64,000 nucleotides of DNA from the NCBI GenBank assembly GCA_963751175.1, contig CAVVTM010000035.1:25035-89034 (forward strand), in the 5' to 3' direction. Below are positions 18,804 through 27,984 of this stretch, one piece after another. The position numbers were made by a program, and so were the translations under genes. This stretch comes from an uncultured Actinomycetes bacterium (GTDB lineage: Bacteria; Actinomycetota; Actinomycetes; Streptosporangiales; Streptosporangiaceae). The first letter of the stretch is position 1, and each line of letters starts with the position of its first letter. Below the pieces are notes generated by a model, which did no database searches, had not been told where the DNA came from, and saw nothing but the letters and a program-made list of their open reading frames with translations.

Positions 18804-20054
18804 GTGCCGCGCTGGCTGCGGGCCAGCTGGCTGCGGGCCGCCAAGCGGCCGATCCGCCGGATCGTCATCCTGTTCATCCTGGCCCTGATCGTCGAGTACC
18901 TGGTCATCCCGGAACTGGTCGGGGCCAGCAAGAACCTGGACCTGCTCGCGCGGGTGAGCGTCCCCTGGATGATCGCCGGGCTGACGCTGGAGGGCGCCTC
19001 GCTGTTCTGCTACGCGCTGCTGACCCGGGAATTGCTGCCCCCGGAGGGCCGGCCAGGCCTGTCGCGGCTGTTCCGGATCGACCTGGCCGCGGCGGCCGTG
19101 GCGCACATGATCCCGGCGGGCACCATCGGCAGCGCGGGCGTCGGCTTCACGCTCTTCACCTCCGAGGGGCTGGACGGCACCGACGTCGGCGTGATGATGG
19201 CCACCAAGGGCATGGGGTCCACCATCGTGCTGAACGTCCTGCTCTGGTTGTCGCTGGTGATCTCCATCCCGCTGTCCGGGTTCCGGGCGATCTACGCGAC
19301 CGTGGCCATCGTGGGCGCGGTGCTGCTGGCCCTGATCGCGGCGCTGATCATCGGGCTCACCCGCGGCGCCCCGCGGGCCGGGCGCATCCTGCATGCGGCC
19401 GGCGACAAGATCCCTGGCGTCGGCGGGGACCGCCTGGAGAACATCGTGCTCCAGGCGGACGAGTCGCTGCGCGCGCTGGCCCGCAACCGGCGGGTCATGG
19501 TCGGCTCGCTGACCTGGGCGTCGCTGAACTGGCTGCTCGACGCGGCGTCACTGTGGTGCTTCATCGCCGCGTTTGGTGCCTTCGCCAACCCGGTCGGGCT
19601 GTTCGCCGCCTACGGGATCGCGAACGTGCTCGGCGCCATCCCGATCACCCCGGCCGGGCTGGGCGTGATCGATTCGGTGACGCCCGTCCTGCTGGTCAGC
19701 TTCGGCCTGACCCGCAGCGTCGCCACGCTGGGTGTGCTGGCCTGGCGGCTGGTCAACTTCTGGCTGCCCATCCCGACCGGCATCGCGGCCTATATCTCGC
19801 TCAAGGTGCCCCGGGGGTCCGGCTGGGCGGCGATGCGCCGGGCGCTGGCCGACATGTTCGGGCACAACCGCTCCAACGGCGAGGGTGACGCCGAGGGGGG
19901 GAACCGCGAGCACGGCGGGAGTGACGGCGGGCACCGGAGCAGCGAGCCCGGCGGCCGCGAGGACGGGGAGGGGAAGGCCGGCGGTACCCCGGGCCCTGAC
20001 GGCGGCGCCCCGCGTGCCGCGGAGGACGAGGACCACGCCAGGGACCGCGCCTGA
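18804..20054 (+). CDS. UPF0104/YbhN-like (lysyl-PG synthase TM-domain family) membrane protein
   Basis: 8 or more TM segments: 'IVILFILALIVEYLVIPEL...WMIAGLTLEGASLFCYALL...AYGIANVLGAIPITPAGLGVIDS'. Charged G/E/D-rich tail. Confidence 0.6.
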   Translation: MPRWLRASWLRAAKRPIRRIVILFILALIVEYLVIPELVGASKNLDLLARVSVPWMIAGLTLEGASLFCYALLTRELLPPEGRPGLSRLFRIDLAAAAVAHMIPAGTIGSAGVGFTLFTSEGLDGTDVGVMMATKGMGSTIVLNVLLWLSLVISIPLSGFRAIYATVAIVGAVLLALIAALIIGLTRGAPRAGRILHAAGDKIPGVGGDRLENIVLQADESLRALARNRRVMVGSLTWASLNWLLDAASLWCFIAAFGAFANPVGLFAAYGIANVLGAIPITPAGLGVIDSVTPVLLVSFGLTRSVATLGVLAWRLVNFWLPIPTGIAAYISLKVPRGSGWAAMRRALADMFGHNRSNGEGDAEGGNREHGGSDGGHRSSEPGGREDGEGKAGGTPGPDGGAPRAAEDEDHARDRA

Positions 20055-20085
20055 CTGGCCGCGGGAGCATGGCGGCCGGCGGCGG

Positions 20086-20523
20086 TCACCGCCGGGGAAG
20101 CTTGACCACCGTCACGAAGAACTCGTCGATCTGCCGCACGGCCGCGATGAACTGCTCTACGTCCACCGGCTTGGTGACGTAGGCGTTGGCGTGCAGCCTG
20201 TAGCTGCGCAGGATGTCCTCCTCGGAGGAGGAGGTCGTCAGGACGACCACCGGCACGTGGGACAGCTCGGGGTCGGACTTGATCTTCTCCAGGATCTGGC
20301 GCCCGTCGTACTTGGGCAGGTTGAGGTCGAGCAGGATGAGGTCGGCCGGCGGCGCGCTGGTGTGGGCGCCGCGGTGGTAGAGGAAGTCGAGCGCCTCCTC
20401 CCCGTCCCGCGCCACGTGCAGCCGGTTGCGGATCTTGTTGTCCGCGAAGGCTTCCCGGGTCATCAGCTCGTCGCCGGGGTCATCCTCGACGAGCAGGACT
20501 TCGATCTGTTCCAGGTCGCACAT
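20086..20523 (-). CDS. single-domain response regulator (receiver only)
   Basis: 'VLLVEDDPGDELM...LILLDLNLPKYDG...VVVLTTSSSEEDI...ANAYVTKP'. Confidence 0.9.
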   Translation of the reverse strand: MCDLEQIEVLLVEDDPGDELMTREAFADNKIRNRLHVARDGEEALDFLYHRGAHTSAPPADLILLDLNLPKYDGRQILEKIKSDPELSHVPVVVLTTSSSEEDILRSYRLHANAYVTKPVDVEQFIAAVRQIDEFFVTVVKLPRR

Positions 20524-22153
20524 GGGGTGTCCCTTCGGGGAGGGGGCCGGCGTTCTGGCCGCCGGGTTCCGGCGGGCCGTCCGTGCCGGAGCTGGCGGTG
20601 CCGGGGATGGTCAGGGTGCCGGTGACTCCCGGGTGGCCAGCCGGGTGGGACGGGGACGGCGCGGGCAGCGTGAAGTAGATGCGCGTCCCGCCTGAATAGC
20701 CAGTGTCCAGGAACATCTGGCCGCCGTGCTGCTCGACGATCCGCTTGCACAGGGCGAGGCCGATCCCCGTGCCGGGGTACGTGCCCCGTCCGTGCAGCCG
20801 CTGGAAGATGATGAAGATCTTCTCGGCGAACTCGGGCGGGACGCCGATGCCGTTGTCGGCCACGCCGATCCGCCATTCCCCGCCCGGCTGCTCGTCCGCG
20901 GTGATCCGGATCACCGGGGCGCGGTCCGCCGCCCGGAACTTGATGGCGTTCCCGATGAGGTTCTGCCACAGCATGCCGAGCAGGGTCGGGTCGCCCATCA
21001 CCTCCGGCAGCGGCCCGGGGCGCTCGATGACCGCCCCGGACTCCTCGATCGCGGCCGACAGGGCCGTGGACGCCGCGTCCAGCGGCTCATCGAGCGGCAC
21101 CGGCACGCGCTCGTCGCTGGCCCGGCCGACCCGTGAGAACGTCAGCAGATCGTTGATCAGGACCTGCATCCGCTTCGCGCCGTCCACCGCGAACTCGATG
21201 TACTTCAGGCCCCGCTCGTCGAGCTTGTCGCTGTAGCGCTTCTCCAGCAGCTGGCAAAACGATGCGATCTTGCGCAGCGGTTCCTGCAGGTCGTGCGAGG
21301 CGACGTAGGCGAACTGCTCCAGCTCGCCGTTGGACCGGCGCAGCTCGGCGGCCTGGGCATCCAGGTCGGCCGCCTGACGCGCCGCGATGGCCTGGGCAGC
21401 GCGGCTGGTCTCCAGGGCCGTGACCAGCTCGCTGCGCATCCCCTCGACGGCCGTGGACAGGGCCCGCAGGTCCGCCGGGCCGGAGGGTCGGATGTGGTGG
21501 CTGTAGTCACCGCCCGCCACCTCGTCAGAGGCCTCCCGAAGGCGGTGCAGCGGCCGGATGACGGCCCGGTCCAGCATGACCGCCAGCGCCGCCGTCGCGA
21601 GCAGGAAGACGACCAGGATGGTCGCGTAGACCCAGTTCTGGAGGACCCGGGCCCGGCCGAGAGCGGCCCGGTCGGTCGCCGCGGCCGCCGCCAGGCCGGA
21701 ATTCTGGGCGGCGAACAGTACCCGCAGCTTGTCGAAGGCCTGCTTGCCCCGGTCCAGCTGGGTCAGGTCAGTACCGCTCAGCGGGCCGTGGCGGGCCAGG
21801 TCGATGGACGGGATCGCGTAGCCGGCCCGCCAGGCCTGGGCGGCCCGCTCGATGCGGGCCAGGTTCCTGATCAGCGGCGCTTTCCCGCCGATCTCGGCGC
21901 GAAGCCGGGCCGCAGCCGCCTGCTCGGTGGCCCGGCCGGCGCTGTAGGGCTCGAGGAACCGCTGGTCGCCGGTGAGACCGTAACCGCGCACCCCGGTCTC
22001 CTGGTTGACCAGCGCTCCCTGCAGCCGGTAGGCCTGGGCCTGGGCCGGCAGGACCGAGCTGGTCAGCTCGTTGGACGTCACCCGGGTCTGGACCGTCAGC
22101 GCCGTCACGAGGATGGCGGCCAGCGCGACCAGAAGCCCGAGCGCCGCGAACAC
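20480..22153 (-). CDS. CHASE3-HAMP sensor histidine kinase
   Basis: CHASE3-like 'VLPAQAQAYRLQGALVNQETGVRGYGLTGDQRFLEPY', HAMP, H-box 'FAYVASHDLQEPLRKI', N-box 'LIGNAIKF', and G-boxes 'DNGIGV' and 'GTGIGLALCKRIV'. The start is problematic (see findings). Confidence 0.9.
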   Translation of the reverse strand: MFAALGLLVALAAILVTALTVQTRVTSNELTSSVLPAQAQAYRLQGALVNQETGVRGYGLTGDQRFLEPYSAGRATEQAAAARLRAEIGGKAPLIRNLARIERAAQAWRAGYAIPSIDLARHGPLSGTDLTQLDRGKQAFDKLRVLFAAQNSGLAAAAATDRAALGRARVLQNWVYATILVVFLLATAALAVMLDRAVIRPLHRLREASDEVAGGDYSHHIRPSGPADLRALSTAVEGMRSELVTALETSRAAQAIAARQAADLDAQAAELRRSNGELEQFAYVASHDLQEPLRKIASFCQLLEKRYSDKLDERGLKYIEFAVDGAKRMQVLINDLLTFSRVGRASDERVPVPLDEPLDAASTALSAAIEESGAVIERPGPLPEVMGDPTLLGMLWQNLIGNAIKFRAADRAPVIRITADEQPGGEWRIGVADNGIGVPPEFAEKIFIIFQRLHGRGTYPGTGIGLALCKRIVEQHGGQMFLDTGYSGGTRIYFTLPAPSPSHPAGHPGVTGTLTIPGTASSGTDGPPEPGGQNAGPLPEGTPHVRPGTDRSPARRG

Positions 22154-22222
22154 CAGCCGGAACCAGCCCTGGACCGTGAGTTCCCGGAGCCTGGCGCCGG
22201 TGTTCCTGCGCTCCGGATGGGC

Positions 22223-23533
22223 TCACTGCGGTGCCTTCCAGCCGAGGTGGACGATCGCGACGTCGTCGGCGAGTCCGCCGTACGGGGCGGCCGCCGCCTC
22301 GGTCGTGTCCAGCAGCGTATCCACGAAACCCGGGGGCGGCAGCACGGCCAGATCCCGGGCCATGGCCAGCAGCCCTTCCTCGCCGAGCCGCTCGCTGTCC
22401 GGGCCCACCCGGCCCTCGAACAGCCCGTCGGTGAACAGCACCAGTCCCGCGGCCGGGGGCAGCGCCAGCACCTGCTCCGGCCAGGACGTGCCGGACTCCA
22501 GGCCCACCGCGGGCCCCGCCGGTCCCTCGACCAGCTCGACGTGTCCCGGCGTGCGCAGCAGCAGCCCCGGATGGCCCGCCCGCACCACCCGGACGCTGCG
22601 CTGGTCCGGGCCGAAGACCAGGTGGGTGAGGGTGGCGAAGAGGCGATCGTCGTCGCGCTCGGCCATCAGCAACTGCTCGAGCAGGCCCATCAGAGCCGCC
22701 GGCGACGCGCCCGCCAGGACCAGGGACCGCCAGGCCACCCGCAGGCACACCCCGATAGCGGCCTCCGCTGCACCGTGCCCGCACACGTCACCGATGACCG
22801 CGTGCACGATGCCGTCCGGCGTCTCGACCACGTCATAGAAGTCGCCGCCGAGCAGGGCGTTGGCCCGGCCGGGGCGGTAGCGGGCCACCATCTCGAACGC
22901 CGCGGTGCGGAGCAGCGGGGTGGGCAGCAGGGCCCGCTCCAGCCGGGCGTTCTCTTCCGCGCGCAGCGCGCTGCGCTGCAGCGCCGCCGACGCCTGTTCC
23001 ACGTGCTTGCGCTGGGTGGCATAACGGATCGCCCGGCCGAACACGTCGGGCGGCGCCTGGCCCTTGATCAGGTAGTCCTGGGCGCCCGCCGCGACCGCGG
23101 CGAGCCCGGCGCTCTCCTCCGCCAGGCCGGTCAGCACGACCACGGGCACGCCGGGGGCGGCGGCGAGCATCTGGGTGACCGCCTCCAGCCCGTGCACGTC
23201 GGGCAGGTGCAGGTCGAGCAGGACGCAGCCGGGCGCGGTGCCCCGGCTGAGCAGGTCCGCGGCCTCGGCGAGTGAGCGCACCGCGGTCAGCGAGGCCTGC
23301 ATGCCGCTGTCGGCGAGCAGTTCCTCCACCAGCAGGACGTCGCCAGCGTCGTCCTCCACCAGGAGGATCGTGTCCGGGTCGCCGAGCCACCCGAGGCGTG
23401 CTGGGTCGGGGCTGTGGCTCTCCGCCGGCGGGCTGCCGCTCTCCTGCGGCGGCCTGGCCGGGCCGCGCGGAGCGGGCACGCCGGTCCGGGTCGGCATGCT
23501 CACGGCGCGCCTGCGGGACGTAGCCTCAACCAA
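22223..23533 (-). CDS. response-regulator receiver fused to PP2C/SpoIIE-type phosphatase
   Basis: Receiver 'ILLVEDDAGDVLL...VLLDLHLPDVHG...VVVLTGL'. PP2C 'GDFYDVVETPDGIVHAVIGDVCGHGAAEAA...LFTDGLFE'. Confidence 0.9.
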   Translation of the reverse strand: MVEATSRRRAVSMPTRTGVPAPRGPARPPQESGSPPAESHSPDPARLGWLGDPDTILLVEDDAGDVLLVEELLADSGMQASLTAVRSLAEAADLLSRGTAPGCVLLDLHLPDVHGLEAVTQMLAAAPGVPVVVLTGLAEESAGLAAVAAGAQDYLIKGQAPPDVFGRAIRYATQRKHVEQASAALQRSALRAEENARLERALLPTPLLRTAAFEMVARYRPGRANALLGGDFYDVVETPDGIVHAVIGDVCGHGAAEAAIGVCLRVAWRSLVLAGASPAALMGLLEQLLMAERDDDRLFATLTHLVFGPDQRSVRVVRAGHPGLLLRTPGHVELVEGPAGPAVGLESGTSWPEQVLALPPAAGLVLFTDGLFEGRVGPDSERLGEEGLLAMARDLAVLPPPGFVDTLLDTTEAAAAPYGGLADDVAIVHLGWKAPQ

Positions 23534-23550
23534 CGCTCCTTGATGACAGA

Positions 23551-23578
23551 CCGCTAGCCTCGTATCCGAGGCTAGCGG
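23551..23578 (-). terminator. perfect 12-bp stem / 4-nt loop hairpin downstream of the sigma gene
   Basis: CCGCTAGCCTCG-TATC-CGAGGCTAGCGG read directly. There is no clear U-tract. Confidence 0.45.
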
Positions 23579-23736
23579 CTTCCGCGCTCCCTGTTCCGGA
23601 CAGGATAATGTCGCGGAACGCCGGAGCTTCCGTTTTCATGCCGTACGCGCCGGGCCGGGGAAGCCCGTGACACGGGCGGGCCGTGGCAGGGACGGGGTCC
23701 GGGGCGCGCCATGCCTCAGGTGGCTGCGAGCCTGCC

Positions 23737-24585
23737 CTACGCGGCGTCCGCCGTACCGGAGATCCGCTGCCGGAGGAACGTGAGCGCGTGGCCGAGCAGC
23801 CGGGACACGTGCATCTGCGAGATGCCCAGCGCCTGGCCGATCTCCGCCTGGGTCATGTCGCCGTAGAAGCGCATGAGCAGGATCCGCTGCTCCCGCCGGG
23901 GCAGCTCCCCCCAATGCACCGCCAGCGCCTCCATGGACAGCGTGTGCTCCATCTGCGGATCATCACCGCCGAGCAGGTCGGCCAGGCTGGCCGTGTCGGG
24001 CTGGCCGGACAGGGGCGCGTCGAGCGAGGCTGGCTGCAGGAGCATGTCGGCGCCCCGCGCCTCCCGCACGTCATCTTCGGTGACACCCAGGTCGGCGGCG
24101 AGCTCCGCGTCGCTGGGCGCACGGCCCAGCTGCTGGGTGAGCTCGCGGGACGTCTCGCGCAGCGCCAGCAGCCGTTCCTGGACCGGGCGCTCGACGTGCA
24201 CCTGCCACCGCTTGTCGCGGAAGTAGCGCTTGATCTCCCCGGTGATGCACGGCTGGGCGTAGGCGGCCAGGTTGCGGCCGACCCCGGGATCGAAATTGTT
24301 GATCGCCTTGAGCAGGCCTACGTAGCCCACCTGGATCAGGTCCTCGGTCGGCTCCGGGCTGCGCCGGTAGCGGTTCGCGCAGGCCCGGACCAGTCCCCGG
24401 TACCGCGCCACCAGCACCTCGCACGCGCCTTCCCGGCGTGGGCTGCCCTGCGGGCACGACCGGATCTCGCGCAGCAGATCCTCGTCGTCCAGCTGTTCAA
24501 ACTCGCTCGCAGCTGCGTCAGCGGGCCGGCCCATGGTCCGGGGCGGGTGCGCCGCAGCTGCCTTACCTGCGGCAAGTATTTCCAT
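23737..24585 (-). CDS. SigB/SigF-type (group 3) RNA polymerase sigma factor
   Basis: Region 2 'DLIQVGYVGLLKAINNFDPGVGRNLAAYAQPCITGEIKRYFRDKRW', region 3, and region 4 'MTQAEIGQALGISQMHVSRLL'. Confidence 0.9.
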   Translation of the reverse strand: MEILAAGKAAAAHPPRTMGRPADAAASEFEQLDDEDLLREIRSCPQGSPRREGACEVLVARYRGLVRACANRYRRSPEPTEDLIQVGYVGLLKAINNFDPGVGRNLAAYAQPCITGEIKRYFRDKRWQVHVERPVQERLLALRETSRELTQQLGRAPSDAELAADLGVTEDDVREARGADMLLQPASLDAPLSGQPDTASLADLLGGDDPQMEHTLSMEALAVHWGELPRREQRILLMRFYGDMTQAEIGQALGISQMHVSRLLGHALTFLRQRISGTADAA

Positions 24586-24641
24586 GCTGCAAGTTTCTCA
24601 CAGCTGCGCCGCATAAAGCAAATGTTTACATGTGGAATAAC

Positions 24642-25103
24642 TCAGCCGGCGTCGGCGGCCACCTCGCCCAGCCCGCGCACCAGGGCGTCACGGCCGTCCG
24701 GCGTCATGGCCTGGAGCATCTCGGCCAGGGCCGCCCGCCGCTGGTCACGCACCCATCCGGCCAGCCGCCGGCCCGACTCGGTCAGCAGCAGCACGATCTC
24801 CCGGCGGCTTTCCTCGGCCCGGTCCCGGGTCAGCAGTCCCGCGACTTCCATCCGGTCGCACAGCCTGCTGGTGGCCGACGCGGAGGCGCCCACCTGCGTG
24901 GCCAGGCGGTTGAGGTTGAGGCTGCCGGCCCGGTCGATGATGAGCAGCGCCCGCAGCTGGGCAGGCGGCACCGACGAGCCGATTTTCTCGACGGCCCGCT
25001 CCGCCACCTCGATCAGGGCGGCCAGTCCCCGCTCGGCGGTACTCACCTCAAGCTGCCCATCCCTGGAACCCCGGACCATGTCGTATCCCATCAGGACCAC
25101 CAC
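24642..25103 (-). CDS. MarR family transcriptional regulator
   Basis: 'LNLNRLATQVGASASATSRLCDRMEVAGLLTRDRAEESRREIVLLLTESGRRL' winged HTH. Confidence 0.85.
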   Translation of the reverse strand: MVVLMGYDMVRGSRDGQLEVSTAERGLAALIEVAERAVEKIGSSVPPAQLRALLIIDRAGSLNLNRLATQVGASASATSRLCDRMEVAGLLTRDRAEESRREIVLLLTESGRRLAGWVRDQRRAALAEMLQAMTPDGRDALVRGLGEVAADAG

Positions 25104-25334
25104 CGGGCCAGCGCCCCGCGCCCTCCTGCGATTCCGGCGGAGAGCCTATCAGCGCTGGCATCGCGTCTCCCGGACCCGAGCGTGCTCATCCCTCCCAGCC
25201 ACTGTCCTTCCCGGCCCAGCTGCTCGCTGCGCCGCGCTCGCGGGAAAGCCCTGAGGCCGGCACTACCCGTACGCCTGGCCGGCTACACCACCCGCTGCCC
25301 GGGCGCCTGCGGCGCGGGCACGTGACCGCCGCCG

Positions 25335-25955
25335 ATGCTGGCAGATGACAAGTGTTTCTCATTACAATGTTCTGTCGTGGAAACGCCCCGCCATCCCGCG
25401 CCCGCCCCGGCGGCTGATTCCGCGGCGGCTCATCCACCGGCGGCTGGTTCCCGTGCGGCTCGTTCCGTGCTGGCTGAGCTCCCCGCGACCGGGCCGGAAT
25501 TCGCGGAGCAGGTGGAAGCACTGCAGGCCGCGACCCGCGTGCTGGCCGGGGTGGCGCTGCGCAGCCTGGACGTCCTCGGCGGCGTGATCTCCCTGCCCCA
25601 GTTCCGGATGCTGGCCGTCCTGGCTGAACTCGGCCGGGCCCGGTCGGCGCGGGTGGCCCGGGCGCTCGGCCTGGACGCGTCCACCGTGACCAGGCTGGCC
25701 GACCGGCTGGTCGCGGCGGGCCATGTGGCCCGGGGCAGCGACTCCAGGCACCGCAGCGTGGTGACGCTGGAGCTCACGCCCAGCGGGCAGGGCCTGGTCA
25801 GCGCGGTAGCCGGGTGGCGGCAGCGCGAACTGAGCCGGATCGTCGCCGGGCTCCCGCCCGACACCCGGCTCCAGCTCACCAGCGTCCTGGGCGAGCTGGT
25901 CACGGCGGCGGGGGAAGGATACGGCCTGGCCACCGCGCCCGTCGTCCCGCTCTGA
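25335..25955 (+). CDS. MarR family transcriptional regulator
   Basis: 'ISLPQFRMLAVLAELGRARSARVARALGLDASTVTRLADRLVAAGHVARGSDSRHRSVVTLELTPSG'. Start uncertain (possibly GTG 25378). Confidence 0.8.
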   Translation: MLADDKCFSLQCSVVETPRHPAPAPAADSAAAHPPAAGSRAARSVLAELPATGPEFAEQVEALQAATRVLAGVALRSLDVLGGVISLPQFRMLAVLAELGRARSARVARALGLDASTVTRLADRLVAAGHVARGSDSRHRSVVTLELTPSGQGLVSAVAGWRQRELSRIVAGLPPDTRLQLTSVLGELVTAAGEGYGLATAPVVPL

Positions 25956-26283
25956 GCCGGGTCCGCCGACAGGACCGTTTGGGCTGGCCGGGTGAGCCGG
26001 CGCAGCAGCCGCCGGATGGGAAGAGCATGGTGCCGGCCGCGCACCATCTGGGCCGTACCCGTGAGGCCACCGGCTGGCCGCTGGGCCCGCACGGCAACCG
26101 CAGCTGCGGCCGGCGCCGTATTCACCCGGAAGAGCACTGCCCAGCCTGGCTGCGCACGCCGGTGTCCCTGACCCTGACCCCGGCCCCGGTCTTCCAGCCG
26201 GCACGCCGCTGGTCAGCGTATTCTTCATCCCGCCCCACCTGGCAGCAGGTGCCCTTCACCGGCGCGAGGGAGGTAGATCCGCG

Positions 26284-26625
26284 ATGGCCGAGCACCATCT
26301 CGCCTATGACAACGGGATATTGCGGATCACCCAGACCGCTGCCCCGGCCGGCCTGGCCATCGCCGGGGAGATCGACGAGGCGACGTACCCCGCGCTCGTG
26401 ACCTCACTGCACGAGCTCGCCGACGGGTACCCGGTGGTGCACCTGGAGCTCAGCGGGGTGAGCTACTGCGACCTGGCCGGGCTGCGGGCCATCGTGCGGC
26501 TGGCCATCGAGGACGGTGCGGGAGACGCGCGGCGCGTCCAGCTGCACAACGTGCCGCAGCACATCCGCACGGTGCTCGCCATCACCGGCTGGGATGCGCT
26601 CCCGGGACTGGCCCTGGAGCCCTAG
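26284..26625 (+). CDS. STAS-domain protein (anti-sigma-factor antagonist-like)
   Basis: 113 aa. 'LAIAGEIDEATYPALVTSL...VVHLELSGVSYCDLAGLRAIVRL...VLAITGWDALPGL'. Confidence 0.7.
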   Translation: MAEHHLAYDNGILRITQTAAPAGLAIAGEIDEATYPALVTSLHELADGYPVVHLELSGVSYCDLAGLRAIVRLAIEDGAGDARRVQLHNVPQHIRTVLAITGWDALPGLALEP

Positions 26626-26653
26626 ACGGGCGGCCCGGTACCTGCCGGGCCGG

Positions 26654-27559
26654 TCAGTCAGCCCAGCCTGATCCCGGCGCCGAGCGGCGCCGCAGGTCAT
26701 TGCGGACTTCGGCGCCGAGCCTGCGGGTTTCCCGCCGGTTGAGCATCGCGCCGGCGGCGGCCCCGGTCAGCAGCGGACCCAGCGAGACGGCGCTCCGGCC
26801 CGCCCGGGCGATGAGCCGGCGTTCCAGCTGCCTGCGCAGCGGGGAGCCCACGGCCAGGGCCAGGCCTCCCGGCACCAGGGCCACGCCGCGGCGGTGCGCC
26901 CAGGCCATGACGTAGGCCACCATGCGCTCCGGAGCCGGGCCCTGGGCCCGCATCCCGTAGACCTCGTGCAGCTCGGCGACCAGCTTCAGCTCGATCCCGA
27001 CGACCGCCAGGGTCTCGAACGCCACCTCGACGGGGGCGGACGGCAGCGGCAGCAGCATGGACGCGCCGACCGCGGCGCCCACGGACGTGGCGGCCCGGGA
27101 CGCGCCCTTGATCAGCTGGTCCGCGACCTCTTCCGGCCCGAGGCCGGGAAACTGGGCGCGGAGCTTCTGCTGGTCCCGTACGGGCAGCCGGGGAGCCATC
27201 GCCAGCACCTGGGAGGTCAGCCACCGGCCCCCAGAGGCCACCCCGGACCAGCCCGCCCGGCCGCCGCGGCGGGTGAGCCGGGACGTGGCCGCCAGCACGC
27301 GGCGGCGCCGCGACAGGCTGCTGCCCTCGCTGATCTCGCCGACCAGCTCGGCGACCTCGCCGGACAGCTCAGGCTGGCCGGCCGGTTCGGCGGCGCGCCC
27401 GGCGCGCCCGCCCCGGCGGGCGAGCCGGGACGTGGCCGCCAGCACGCGGCGGCGCCGCGACAGGCTGCCGCCCTCGCTGATCTCGGCGACCTCGCCGGAC
27501 AGCTCAGGCTGGCCGGCCGGTTCGGCGGCGCGCCCGGCGCCCTCGGTGGTCTTGTCCAC
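26654..27559 (-). CDS. hypothetical protein with an internal 49-aa tandem duplication and a hydrophobic C-terminal domain
   Basis: High GC3 frame. The N-terminal segment 'GRAAEPAGQPELSGEVAE...EISEG.SLSRRRRVLAATSRL.RRGGRAG' occurs twice. I did not recognise the family of the C-terminal domain. Confidence 0.6.
   Translation of the reverse strand: MDKTTEGAGRAAEPAGQPELSGEVAEISEGGSLSRRRRVLAATSRLARRGGRAGRAAEPAGQPELSGEVAELVGEISEGSSLSRRRRVLAATSRLTRRGGRAGWSGVASGGRWLTSQVLAMAPRLPVRDQQKLRAQFPGLGPEEVADQLIKGASRAATSVGAAVGASMLLPLPSAPVEVAFETLAVVGIELKLVAELHEVYGMRAQGPAPERMVAYVMAWAHRRGVALVPGGLALAVGSPLRRQLERRLIARAGRSAVSLGPLLTGAAAGAMLNRRETRRLGAEVRNDLRRRSAPGSGWAD
27267..27548. repeat. 147-bp in-frame tandem duplication (second copy lacks 12 bp)
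   Basis: Copy 1 is about 27267-27413 and copy 2 about 27414-27548. The copies are nearly identical apart from a few substitutions and a 12-bp indel. Confidence 0.9.
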
Positions 27560-27694
27560 GTCCTCCAGCTACCCCGGGCTGGGCCTGGTGACGCCGGGGA
27601 TCGCCCGGGTTCTCAGTGCCCCGGTTCCGGGCGCCCGGCTCGCAGCGCCAGGGCCCGCGTGCTCCGGCCCGCGCACGCGGGTAGGGACCTGGCC

Positions 27695-27930
27695 ATGACA
27701 CAGTTCGGGTACACGGCCCTGTGCGAGCAGACTCCCGTCCGGCAGCTGGTGAGCGACCTGCAGGCCGCCGAGCAGGCCGGGTTTGATTTCTCGGTCATGT
27801 CCGATCATTACTTTCCCTGGCTCGAGGACCAGGGTCATTCCGGCTACGCCTGGGCGGTCCTCGGAGCCGCGGCGCAGGCCACCCACCGGCTCCCGCTGAT
27901 GACGATGGTGACCTGCCCGACGTTCCGCTA
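27695..27930 (+). pseudogene. 5-prime remnant (about 78 codons) of an LLM-class F420-dependent oxidoreductase
   Basis: 'MTQFGYTALCEQTPVRQLVSDLQAAEQAGFDFSVMSDHYFPWLEDQGHSGYAWAVLGAAAQATHRLPLMTMVTCPTFRY' matches the N-terminus of luciferase-like F420 enzymes. After that, similarity is lost and ligD begins at 27985. Confidence 0.65.
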
Positions 27931-27984
27931 CCGGCCGGGCCTGCCCTGGTGTGACCTCGCCGGATACGGGCATTTCAGGAGCGG

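Noticed and set aside
20480-20523. The 44-nt overlap between the kinase tail and the response-regulator start as a sign of another frameshift
   Set aside because: The Pro/Gly-rich kinase tail keeps high GC3 up to its stop, and the response regulator has its own RBS (GAAGGGA). Such an overlap is compatible with normal operon organisation.
22223-22225. Programmed TGA read-through or selenocysteine joining the RR-PP2C and the CHASE3 kinase
   Set aside because: No SECIS-like hairpin follows immediately, and the contig shows many base-level errors. A start-site or indel problem is the more economical explanation.
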